Of a DNA stretch of 33,487 bases, positions 11,201 through 33,437 are shown one piece after another. The DNA lies in the NCBI RefSeq assembly GCF_001186125.1, contig NW_014040061.1:5307-38793 (forward strand), in the 5' to 3' direction. The DNA comes from Sphaeroforma arctica JP610 (taxonomy: Eukaryota). The notes beneath the pieces are model-generated. The model was not told where the DNA came from, did not search any database, and saw only the letters and a list, made by a program, of their open reading frames with translations. Position numbers and translations under genes: made by a program. Every line of letters starts with the position of its first letter. Within the stretch, counting starts at the first letter, position 1.

Positions 11201-13628
11201 GGCCAAGGGTGGAGAGATAGCCGGGGAGAGTGCACGTGCTAAGCCACACAGACGGAAGAGGCCGCGACAAGAACCCGACACGGACATCAGCCGCTCGCAA
11301 GACCTGGCGGAGAGTCTGGTGGTGGATGTGGACGACGACGCCGTGCTGCCGCCGTCGTACTTTGCGGATATGGAGAAGAAAATCAAGCTGGAAGCGATCA
11401 GAAAACAGCGCCAACTGCTCGCGCAGCAGGAGCGCGTGTTGCTGCGCGGCACCACAGACGGGCAAGACACACGCTCCGCGCCGTTGCAGCACGTCGGTGC
11501 GTATGCAGACACCACCGTTGCCAATGCAGAGATGCGAAGGTATTGGAGGGCGCTGAACAACCTGCCGTCCCCGCCGTGGCAACGTACGGCAGCTGATTCA
11601 TCATCGCATTCACGTGCACACGCCACCTCATCGCCTCGCGCCCGCACCCACTCAGCCTCAGCCACGTCCACACGCGCACCAAATCAAGATAAACGCATAA
11701 CAACACGTGCACACCAGGCACCGACCCCCGACGATAGAGAGAGCCAGCACAGCGGCGAGGATGATGATCCAGATGTGATAGGGGGACATGCACTGAGGTC
11801 GAAGATACGCGTCCCACAAACCACTCAGAGGCGAAGTACGCGGACTACCGGGGTGGGCAAAGACCATAGCAAGGACAAAACGGCCCTCGTGAGTGATGGA
11901 GGGGTCGACGACAGTGACAGCGGACGTTCGAGGGAATACTCGCCACTGCCCAATGCGCGTGCGAGCTCAAGTGTGAAACCCAGCGTCGGCAGAGGTCAGC
12001 GGATAGGTACAGATGATGGTAAGACCACTGCGCCTGAGAGGAGGAAACTTGCATCTAATCTCTACGCATCTGTTCCGGGCGACAGCCAGGTACCAAATCC
12101 CAGATTCGACACGGATGATGAGGGCATCCCATCACCTATTGATGCGAGGTATGTATGCGCTTTGTTATAGACGGTGTGTGTGCAGATACATAAGCGGATG
12201 ATGACTTGGCGTGTCTATGGCACGCTGGAGACCAGATCGTTCCGGTTGAGAGTTTTGGAAAAGATGCACACGCCGCCTTCATAAGGCCATACGTGTGGGT
12301 GCGCTTGTATTCACACAGTACTCCACGTCACGGAAGACTACGATGGCACATGACCTTGTATTCCCAAATGTCGTCCGCTATCTTTTCAATTCTCTTTGCC
12401 ACACCGTCCGATGCATTCCGAAGGCGAGCACGTGTTGTTGTTGCCACAGTTCCATTTTAAGTTGGCGTCGTGCTTCTCTTATTACTCTTTAATAGTAGGC
12501 ACGTGACTTATCATTTGACTTTTAAATATACGTGAGTGAGAAAAAACTACACATGTGTTCGTGTGTCTGTCTATTCACGTCACATGAACCCAATACCCCT
12601 CGTATAGGCAATTTGCGCTAAGGAGCAGTATCTTTGCCGGAAAGCGCAACTCAGGATATCGCAAATGGACAGAAGCTGAGATGGATCTACTCAGGGAAGG
12701 GATGAGGCTGTATCCAAGGAGTTGGGCCAAGGTATGAGCCAAATCCCTTTGTTGTCGCGCGTGCATATTAGTATTAAATGTCAAGGCGTTTAAACGCGTG
12801 CAGGGAAGGGATGAGACTGTACACAAGAAGTTGGGCCAAGGTATGAGCCAGATCCCTTTGTTGTCGCGCGTGCATATTAGCATTAAATGCCAAGGCGTTT
12901 AAACGCGTACGCCGGGCGGTCGCAAATTCCGTGCAGTGTGAATGAACGTATTCTTAATTTTTTTGTATAGAAATGATTCTCGCAGCATCACAAGAGTACT
13001 CTTAATCAACAGTTGGGGTGATTAACCTATCATTTTTCAGGGTAAAGGAATTTGATATATAAGAAATTCTTCACAGTCCACTCCCGTCTCCAATAGCATA
13101 TGATCATCAGACATCAGCGACTCCATTTACCTTGATGGACGGGAAAGAACGTTCTACATAGCCCACTCCCGCCTCCTATACCATATGATTATCAGACATC
13201 AATGACATAATTTACCTTGATGGACGGGAAAGAACGTTCTACATATACCCATACTTTCGCTGACGTATCGATGTGTCCTTGATTAGTTTTTATTCCACAG
13301 CTCAATCTTTATCAGCGTTCTCATTTAGACGTAAAGCGTCTTCTCTGGTTATGTTCATGTGGGGGAGCAGTGTACTCGCGCATAAAGTTTGTACTCTATA
13401 TCGTATAGATTGTCCTAAACATGTTCCCAATTTTATATATATAGTAATTCCTGGTACAATAACTGGACGGTTGTCCTTTCCTTTTTATTCAATCAACAGA
13501 TAGAAAAAGTATATTTCAATGGTAAACGCACTCAGGTGAATCTGAAAGACAAGTGGCGTACCATGGAGAAACAGTTAGAGAAGGAAGAGAACGCGACGAG
13601 GAGGAAAAAATCCAAAAACAATTCATGA
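3818..13628 (+). CDS. TRF: Telomere repeat-binding factor (TRF1/TRF2/Taz1/Tbf1 class): TRFH-like N-terminal domain, long low-complexity linker, C-terminal telobox Myb domain; about 11 exons, about 780 aa
   Basis: Exons 3818-3943, 4950-5108, 5866-5994, 6570-6660, 7291-7370, 7739-~7873 (donor uncertain), 9173-9313, 10540-10632, 11013-12148, 12608-12731, 13500-13628, with GT-AG boundaries and compatible phases. The last two exons give RKWTEAEMDLLREGMRLYPRSWAK|IEKVYFNGKRTQVNLKDKWRTM, the telobox signature. The N-terminal AVWLIEYLSHLVCQYAANG and LLHLRAKLVFV...KTLDKYFP resemble TRFH helices. The Myb call is strong; the middle junctions are less certain. Confidence 0.8.
4506..4730. repeat. Intronic tandem duplication, 113-bp unit x2
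   Basis: ataatggctttctgtcgtacgtgctgtctgtagagataaa... at 4515 and 4628. Confidence 0.9.
5220..5390. repeat. (TA)n microsatellite with assembly gap (N 5285-5304)
   Basis: Directly visible. Confidence 0.95.
9385..9670. repeat. Intronic minisatellite, 25-bp unit AGATCCACTATAGATTCAATATCAT, about 12 copies
   Basis: Contiguous units with point variants and one 14-bp truncated unit; no spacers. Confidence 0.95.
12692..12909 (+). repeat. 109-bp tandem duplication spanning the 3' end and donor site of the first Myb exon
   Basis: cagggaagggatgag...ttgggccaag|gtatgagcca...aaacgcgt at 12692 and 12801. Confidence 0.9.
13078..13251. repeat. Intronic tandem duplication, 85-bp unit x2
   Basis: ccactcccg...tttaccttgatggacgggaaagaacgttctacata at 13078 and 13163. 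Confidence 0.9.
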
Positions 13629-14237
13629 ACAAGAAGTCAATTCCGCACGAACCGTGTCGCGGGTGTTATCTGTAGATCTCGAAGCCTCTTATCTATATGG
13701 GGGTTTTTTTTTCTCTGGCTGTGAAGGATGAGGTGAGCCTCCCGACAACCATCATTATAAATTTGTGCACGTATTTTCAGAAATCTGAGGAGCAATGTAC
13801 TGTCTGAAATCGTACATTGAGCTATGTTAATCACACAAAAGTCAGTATGCATTGCAATTCAATTTTTTGTCACGTCTCGGGCCACACAGATAGAGAACGT
13901 TTAGACTCCATACACAAATGATAAAGCGGGCACGTGTGCAACTTCGACATCACAGTCAATTGATTAGTTGCCAATAAACATACGATTAAAATACTCCTGG
14001 CCAACTGCTTTCAAACACGTAAATGAAAGTATGTTTACTTCGAATCTCATTTGCTCTTTTGTGAGGCACGTTCGAAATAAAGTCAGTATTGATATCATTT
14101 GACTCCGTTTTTTTCCGTGACACTATGCTTGCGTCTCTGAATTCAGCAAGCCATGAAGCTCACTAGTTACTACAATTAAAAAATATAGCTCGATCGTACT
14201 AGAACTACACAATTTGAAATGACAGTAGCGTTCATAA

Positions 14238-14493
14238 TATATCTATATATATATGTATATATATACATATATATATATATACTATATGTATCTATATATA
14301 TGTATGTGTGTGTGTGTGAATGTGTGTATGTATATATGTATGTATGTATGTATGTATATGTATACATGTGTATATATATATATGTATACGTATACGTATA
14401 CAAATATGTACATGTACATGTACATGTATATATATATATATATATATACATATATATATGTATATATATGTGTGCGTGTTGTTGTGCGTGTAT

Positions 14494-14538
<45 letters not shown>

Positions 14539-14602
14539 GTATATATATATATATATATATATGCGTGTGTGTGTATGTGTATGTGTGTGTATGTATGTGT
14601 GT
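14238..14602. repeat. Long compound (TA)n/(TG)n/(TATG)n microsatellite
   Basis: Directly visible; accounts for the overlapping YIYI/VCVC ORFs. Confidence 0.95.
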
Positions 14603-14953
14603 AAATCGCTTTGAGGAAAAGAAATGTTTTATTTCTAATTAGGTTACGTGTAGGTTTCGGTAAAGAAATACTTAGAAATGTGCCCTTGTCGCATAAAGTC
14701 TCATTGTTGACGGATTAGTACCCGCAACATCACTTATACAGACGCGCGCGTGCACATAATCGTTGCATTCTTCATCTTGGATAATGGTCTTGTTGTCCAT
14801 CCTCTATTGTCTCCGCACGTCACCCACCACCCTTGTTACGTTTGTAAGTTCTCACACCTGGATCAATTCGCGCGATGTCTCATCGGTGACAGATGCATAT
14901 CCTTCGTCGCAATGACACACACAGTAGTGTGTGTGGCCATGACTGCTGCACAC

Positions 14954-15962
14954 TTACTCGTGATCATGGTCTTCGTGTTCAGTCTCATGTACATCCTCCG
15001 TCGACTCCATAGAAACATCTGATGCCTCGATCAATACGCATGAAGTCGTTTCGTCGGCGGCTTGTTCATATCCTTCGTCGCAATGGCAATCATCGCCGTG
15101 TGTGTGGCCGTGACCGCTGCACTCATCTTCGTGATCATGGTCGTCGCTTTCGTGCTCATGGTCATCGGTTTCACTCTCATGGTCGTCGCTTTCGTGTTCA
15201 TGGTCGTCGGTTTCACTCTCATGGTCGTCGCTTTCATGCTCATGGTCGTCGGTTTCATGATCTGTCTCCGTCATAAGTGCTGTTGCTTCCGAATCAACAT
15301 ACACCATAACGCACATACCAATATTGTCGGCCTCTAGTACATATCTCTCGTCGCAATGGCACTCCTCACCGTGTAGGTGTCCATGGCCGCCGCATTCTTC
15401 GTGACAATAGAATCGAAATTATAGTGAGACAAAGGTCTAAATATACTTATTTAAACTTAGAATACGCTCATAATAAAAAGCACAAAACTATCACCAAGAA
15501 GCGTTGTAAGTAATTATCCGGGAGAGAATCAGTAGCCGAAAACGTATTGCATGGGATTGGTCACCTACCGGCCATTACGCACGAACGGACATTGTCGACT
15601 GCTAGTTCATATCCCTCGTCGCAATGGCACTCCTCGTCGTGTAGGTGTCCATGGCCGTCGCATTCTTCGTGATAATAGAATCGAAATTATAGTGAGACAA
15701 AGGTCTAAATATACTTATATAAAATTCAATCGCTCATTGACAATAAAAGGCACAAAACTGTCACCAAGAAGCATTGTACGTAATTATCCGGGAGAGAATA
15801 AGTAGCCGTAAACGTAGTGCATGGACATGGTCACCTACCAGCAACTTGTCTACCAGCAACTGTAGCACCTGTGGCTGAATTTGCTACCAATGACAAGGAC
15901 AAAAGTGCCACGAAGAGACCAGTCTTACAAATGCCCATAAGGCCGGAACGAGAAGAACTCAT
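14954..15962 (-). CDS. Secreted His/Asp/Glu-rich protein with three 4-Cys EGF-like modules, about 220 aa; putative metal-binding protein
   Basis: Exon 15962-15839 MSSSRSGLMGICKTGLFVALLSLSLVANSATGATVAGRQVA (signal-peptide-like); exon 15664-15569 ECDGHGHLHDEECHCDEGYELAVDNVRSCVMA; exon 15396-14954 with two more modules and (T/S)DDHE(H/S)E repeats. Donors gtaggt, acceptors cacgaag, both introns phase 1; total 663 nt, open to TAA. Confidence 0.75.
15303..15839 (-). repeat. About 270-bp tandem duplication of an intron plus EGF-like exon unit
   Basis: Introns 15665-15838 and 15397-15568 are visibly near-identical, as are the modules that follow them. Confidence 0.9.
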
Positions 15963-17125
15963 AGTCGTTAGTATAAAGCTTTAAATTATGTTGTTGTAGA
16001 ACAGCTCTGGTATTGTATCTTCACATCCACGCAGTTAAATACCTGAAATATTTGCAAGCCAAGATTTGGAAAAAATTCTCAACACAACAGTTGACAATTG
16101 TAAATACGACTCTGATTTTGCTATTTACAGACCAAAGACGTCCTCCCATACCCAATAAAGTATGGGTATAGAACAAATCTTTGAAGCTCGTGACACCCAT
16201 TGGATCACAGGGTTTTGTTTTTCTCTAGTACGGCTGTCCGACCGATAAATTAAAAAAAAATGGCGCAAGGCGACTGTCCATTGAACACGCTGACGAGCAT
16301 GTGTTTTTTTTTTAATCCTTTTACATTTGATTTACATTTTATTTTACATATATTTATTTTGTAACAAATAATAAACAAGATTCTTTTTACAATGAGCCGT
16401 GTGAGGCTGTGGCATATACATCTCGACGGTGCGCAGGTGCGGCCTTCATGTGTGCGGGACATCGGGCCTGTGTGCAGGGGCCTACTGGGGTTGAGACTTG
16501 AGCCGTTGAGTCGGTGACACTCGCAGTCTCTAGTCGCCTCTGGGCTCTGGCTCTCTCTCTCTCTCTCTCTTCTAGTCTCTACTGCAGTATGTACTGCTCT
16601 TTCTCATCAGTCTCTCTACAACCAGAGTAGCAGAGTAGGGTATGTACTATGTAAATAGCTAGTATCTCTCTACTCACTACACTCTCCTAGAGTGAGAGAG
16701 GAAACGGTGACGCCACAAGTCCATAACGCCATTTACGAGCATCTTATTTTATTGTATACATATTACAAAACAAAATACCATATCTTAATACTGGTTTAGT
16801 CCTAGAGTCCTGTTAGTAGTAGGAATTGTTTTGTAAATATTCATTTTATATTTATATATTATATATATTTCGAAAGGGACTATTTCATCAAAAAAAAATC
16901 CCTTTTTTTTTTTGTTTTGAAGCATGCCCTTTCACACGAGACTGCACTTGTTTTTACTCGTATATATTTATTTATAAAAAATCCAAATAGTATACATATT
17001 TATAAACCTAGTTTGTAAATAGTATGTGAATAGTTATATATATATATATATATAAATATATCTATAACCTGGGCATTGAAAAAAATCATTAATAAAAAGT
17101 ATGTTTTTCAATTATTATTATTTTT

Positions 17126-17153
17126 CATAGCCTTCTGAAAATAGAAGGCTATG
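17126..17153. promoter_or_regulatory. Palindromic element CATAGCCTTCT-GAAAAT-AGAAGGCTATG
   Basis: Perfect 11-bp inverted repeat with arms identical to those at 3337-3367. Confidence 0.4.
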
Positions 17154-18488
17154 TATTTTTTCAACAAAGAGAATTCTAGAATAGAACTTATTTTCTTAAA
17201 ATAAACAAACAGCCCTATTCCTATTTCAGAAAAAAACGAAATAAGCAAGGACTGAGAGAGTGAGAGACCAGTAGAGTGAGAGACTCCAGAGCTTACCTCA
17301 GTACGCTTCCCATTAAAACGCAAAACAATAAATAAAAATAGTGTTTACGTTCAAAGTTTATCATAAATATTGTCTATGAGTTTACAAATAGGTACAGTTT
17401 TGGAGGCGGCCTAACTCACGAATTTCAGTTGTGAACAGTTTCAAATCGCCTATTCAGTTAAAACAGGGTCAATTTCTCAGGTGCGAATTTGGAAAAAATT
17501 CACGGTCAATTTGCCCCTGATATACTTTAAAACGCTTAAAAAACAATAAAATCACAGAGTCAGAGGTCAAGGAACATAATAAGTTTATAATAAAGAAAGA
17601 GTAGTGTAGGACGTAGAGACTAGAGTGTAGGCTGAATGGCTGATCCGCTGAAGCCTGATGTCCACTCCCCTGTCGCTGAGGATGTTCTGCTGGACTGGTG
17701 ACTGGAGTTATGGACTCCAGAGTAGTCCAGGAGTCCAGGCCTCCAGGCCTCCAGGACCAGGTACAAAGTGGCAAGCCAACAAGCACCAAATTAATAATTA
17801 TGGCGCTATGAGCTATGAGAGAAATACTTGTCAGGGTAGACTGTAGAGAGATAGGCTGATAGAGAGCCACGAGCCCTGGGAGGCCGGAAGGCGGAAGGAA
17901 AGAAGGCGGAAGGCCAACCAACAAAAAAAAATGATATTCTGAAAATTGAACATACTAAGATTCGAGACACGGACAGTCTGCCAGTCTGACTCACTCTGAC
18001 AGTTGACAAACTGCAGAGTGCAGGCAAACGGACGTTTGTTTTTTACAAAAAACAACACTGTGGTATACACACGAATGTCTAAAAAAGGAGAAATGTTTCT
18101 GTAGTCGTGCGCGGTGCGAGTTTCGACTGGTGCCTCCCTCTCTTGTGTCCGTGTAGGAGGACTCTGAGGAATAGTCTAACTATTCGATACAAAAAATAAT
18201 AACGCCCATAAATACTCTGTTTGTATACCGTCATCAGCAAGAAAATCTATTGGCCCTGATCTTTGTTATGAAGCTATTATTTAATCAAATCAAACGTAAA
18301 GCTAAAATATTCATTTTGATCCTCTTTTGTTATTTTTTTCTTTCTTTTTTACAACAACAAATGAGAACGCCTCAATGAGTTCATGACTAGAGGTTGCACT
18401 AGTTGTGGTGGCGTGTGTAGGTGGCTAGAATCGTAGGTGGCGTGTTTAGGTGGCTATATTTATGGTGGTTTCAAGATTTCTCCACTAA

Positions 18489-18845
18489 GGGGGTGTCTTT
18501 TTTATAAGGAGCTTGGATTTTTTTTTGGATTTATGTTCCGATTTTTTAAGGGGGGTGAACCTGTCTTTATTTCTTAAATAAAAACAATGTCAAAGATAAA
18601 TTTTCGACTATTTCTTTAAAAAATGGGGAAAAAATCGTTTACGTATTAACCAATCATGAACGCATATCCTAGAAACAAGTACGCATTTAAACCGCAATAG
18701 TGAGTTTACGTACAAAAATACAAATCCCGTATAATTTTCTTTAGAAATTGATGCCTTCGAAAATTTGCCCTCGTTCGGATTTATGTTCGGATTCTTTTTT
18801 GATTTTTTTTTAAATAATAAATCCGAACCCGTTCTAAAGACCCCC
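18489..18845. mobile_element. Putative non-autonomous DNA transposon (PIF/Harbinger or Tourist-like MITE), 357 bp
   Basis: TAA|GGGGGTGTCTTT ... AAAGACCCCC|TAA: imperfect terminal inverted repeats with TAA on both flanks, an AT-rich interior, and a subterminal GGATTTATGTTC/TAAATCCGAAC motif in both orientations. Confidence 0.45.
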
Positions 18846-19463
18846 TAATTTTAAATACATTTGTTCCATAGCCCTCTAAATAATACATTCCCCACAGGGC
18901 AAGACTCAGTGCACTCGATGGCAATGCACATCAGATGATGTGAATACACTTTTGCTCGATTTTAGCAGCTGTAGCTTGCATTACGGTTATAAGAATGCAT
19001 ATACGATATTTTTTGAACAATATTTGTACGTGACAACATTGAAACTTTACTAATTATGCTTATTTAGACCCAATGATCGCGTTTTGGAGGATTTCGATGT
19101 AGTGTTAAACTCCTACGCATGGAAGGTGTTCTACTTGTACTGCGACCTTGACGCCTTCGCAGATCACTTACAAAATATTTAATCTGAAATATGCCAAAAA
19201 AAATATTGGGAATAAATACAATCCCAGATGTAACTAGTCAGGAACGGTTCTTAATTTTCGGCCCGATTTATTCCTCTTGGTACATGGATGGGGTGTTAAA
19301 TATTAAAAGTTTGAGACTGTTGTGGCCTTGTGGAAGTTGTGGCCGTGTGGAAGTCTGGGACAGTGGGAGTTGAGACTTGAGACTTGAGACTTGAGACACA
19401 TGTTGTGTGGGCTGTGTGGCAAGTCGCGAAGGTCTAAGGGGGAAGGGCCCAAGCGGGCTAAGG

Positions 19464-19496
19464 CATAGCTCTCTGAAAATCGAACAGAAGGCTATG
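19464..19496. promoter_or_regulatory. Third copy of the palindrome (CATAGCTCTCT-GAAAATCGAAC-AGAAGGCTATG)
   Basis: Right arm identical to the other copies, left arm with two mismatches; spacer related to those at 3337 and 17126. Confidence 0.4.
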
Positions 19497-19786
19497 GCTA
19501 AGGGCTTGTAGTCTTGTACATTGTAATCTTCTTGTATGCTTCATGATAATTGTAAATATGCTTTATGTTATCTTAATAAATATTAAAATCTTGTATGCTT
19601 CTTCATGATAAACGTCTTGCGGAAACTAGTTTGCTAAGAAGACATGCCTTTGAGGCCAGCAAAAAAACGAGAAAAGAGGCTATGAACGTAACAAAAACCT
19701 AGCCTCATCTAAAATGTTCACACAACAAGAGAAGTTGAGGCTAAATATGAACAAGATGCTCGGCTCTGGACTCTGGAGAGTGGCAT

Positions 19787-19808
19787 TCTGACGTCAGCTG
19801 ACGTCAGA
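19787..19808. promoter_or_regulatory. 22-bp perfect palindrome containing two CRE (TGACGTCA) sites upstream of PIGN
   Basis: TCTGACGTCAGCTGACGTCAGA; CRE at 19789-19796 and 19799-19806. Confidence 0.4.
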
Positions 19809-20567
19809 CAAGGAGTGGTTACTTAAACCCTAAAACCTAACCCTAAATGTTGATTATTCAAGGGGCTATGTAAAACCACTAACACTAAAACCCTTTTAAA
19901 TTGTAAACCCTACACCCAAAAGTCCTCAGTCCTAACTCCCAAATCCTGGAGACTCGCGAATCGAGCCATATGTCTCGTGAGTCGTCGGCAGTTTTTCTTC
20001 TCGGCGTGCCATTGGAGTTTGGACAGTTGACAATATATTTTCTTGTATACAATGTACATATGTAGGCCCTCTCTCTACTACTAGTAGTCAGGCGTAGGAC
20101 CTGGCGCCCTGGCCCTGAGGGCTGAGGCCCTGAGGCCGAGGGCGTGTGCGGCTGAGCGCCAGCGCCGCAGCCCTTCTTCAGGGCTTAGGCGTACTGTGAC
20201 GCCTAAGGCGCAGTGACGCCCTTGAGTTTCTGAGTAAATTGAGGTTACCAAGTTCCTGATGCTTTGTTAGCGAATCATATTGACATTTGTCAGTCATTTG
20301 AGAAAGTGATTTTTTTTAACAATGATCTGTGTTTTGATGTTCGGGCCTTCTTTTAATATTTAATGGCCGTGTTCAAGTATAAGAATACACCACTGAGATA
20401 CGTGCACATACTTTATTTGAAATGCATACCTTTTAGTTGACAGTGCAGATCACTAATCGTCCGACACCCCTCCGATCACCTAAAACAAATGCAAGTGTTT
20501 ACCAAAAACAATTGTCACATTCCTAACCTCACACATATAAGTCTAGTACGGATTGATATATAATAGA

Positions 20568-28679
<8,112 letters not shown>

Positions 28680-28703
28680 TTGATTTCCACAACGGCGCTA
28701 GCG

Positions 28704-28706
28704 TAT

Positions 28707-28738
<32 letters not shown>

Positions 28739-28797
28739 GTATGTATTTAAGTATGTATGTATGTATGTATGTATATATATGTATAATATATATATGT

Positions 28798-28828
<31 letters not shown>
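28704..28828. repeat. (TA)n/(TATG)n microsatellite just 3' of the PIGN stop
   Basis: Directly visible. Confidence 0.95.
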
Positions 28829-29377
28829 AGCCTTCATTTGATCCAATGTTATAGCAACGGACAGAGGTCTGACCCTCTACTCAACACTCTCCTCACAAAG
28901 CGTGCAGAGTACATCGCAACAGTTGGAATCGAATCTCAGATATAGCATTCCACTGTGCAGCGATTCACCACAGACCCAAGGGCAACTGCATACGACAGGT
29001 GCGCTGACATACGCGCAGATGCGCACGTGGGGCGTATGAAAGATACGGTTCACGAAACGGGGCGTATAACGTACCGAACACTGCCCACACAAAACTGCGA
29101 TGTACACAGTTGTGCCGGGGGGGGGGGGGCAAGTACACACAACCTGACAACAGGAAAGGAGGCTGATCTCGGCGTAGAATTGAGTGGTCTCTGGTAGAAC
29201 AGATGCGATCCACGATTACGGATTTATTCTGATTCGGTATAAAAGTATCTAATCTCAGCTCTGTTTGCAGCCGAGTTGATATCTATTACTAATTTTTGCC
29301 TGCACGCCTGGTGCGGGGCTAGTACGGTGAGGGAGTATATATATGTATAAATGAATCCCTCATATATTTATAGTCTA

Positions 29378-33187
<3,810 letters not shown>

Positions 33188-33368
33188 CTAACAAGGTGGA
33201 GTATAGGCGATTGAATGGATGAGTGTCTGTCGATTGTCGTAACATAACAATTCCATAGATACAGAATATATCATAAGCACAACTGTGAACGATGCCAGAG
33301 TGAAGTATGCATTGTACAACATAACGAACAATAACTGAAACCCATACTCGACTACGATCAGGCGGTAT

Positions 33369-33437
<69 letters not shown>

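Noticed and set aside
11009..12201. Antisense and alternative-frame ORFs, and the 363-aa ORF 11079-12170 as a stand-alone gene
   Set aside because: Better explained as one large internal exon (11013-12148) with a gtatgt donor in phase with the Myb exon; the others are GC-rich shadows.
14176..14642. Six overlapping YIYI/HTHT/VCVC ORFs
   Set aside because: Translation artefacts of a TA/TG microsatellite.
15022..15337. Hydrophobic MVVAF/MVVGF-repeat and HGRRF-repeat ORFs on the plus strand
   Set aside because: Antisense shadows of the His/Asp/Glu repeat exon; the minus frame has the signal peptide and splice support.
17464..17519. CAGGG...CCCTG inverted repeat resembling hAT ends
   Set aside because: Only 56 bp, imperfect arms, and no convincing 8-bp target duplication.
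17469..18070. Intergenic ORFs up to 151 aa
   Set aside because: Low-complexity stuttered DNA with no domain or splice support.
29117..29129. G13 run as a functional G-quadruplex
   Set aside because: Single homopolymer tract with no further support.
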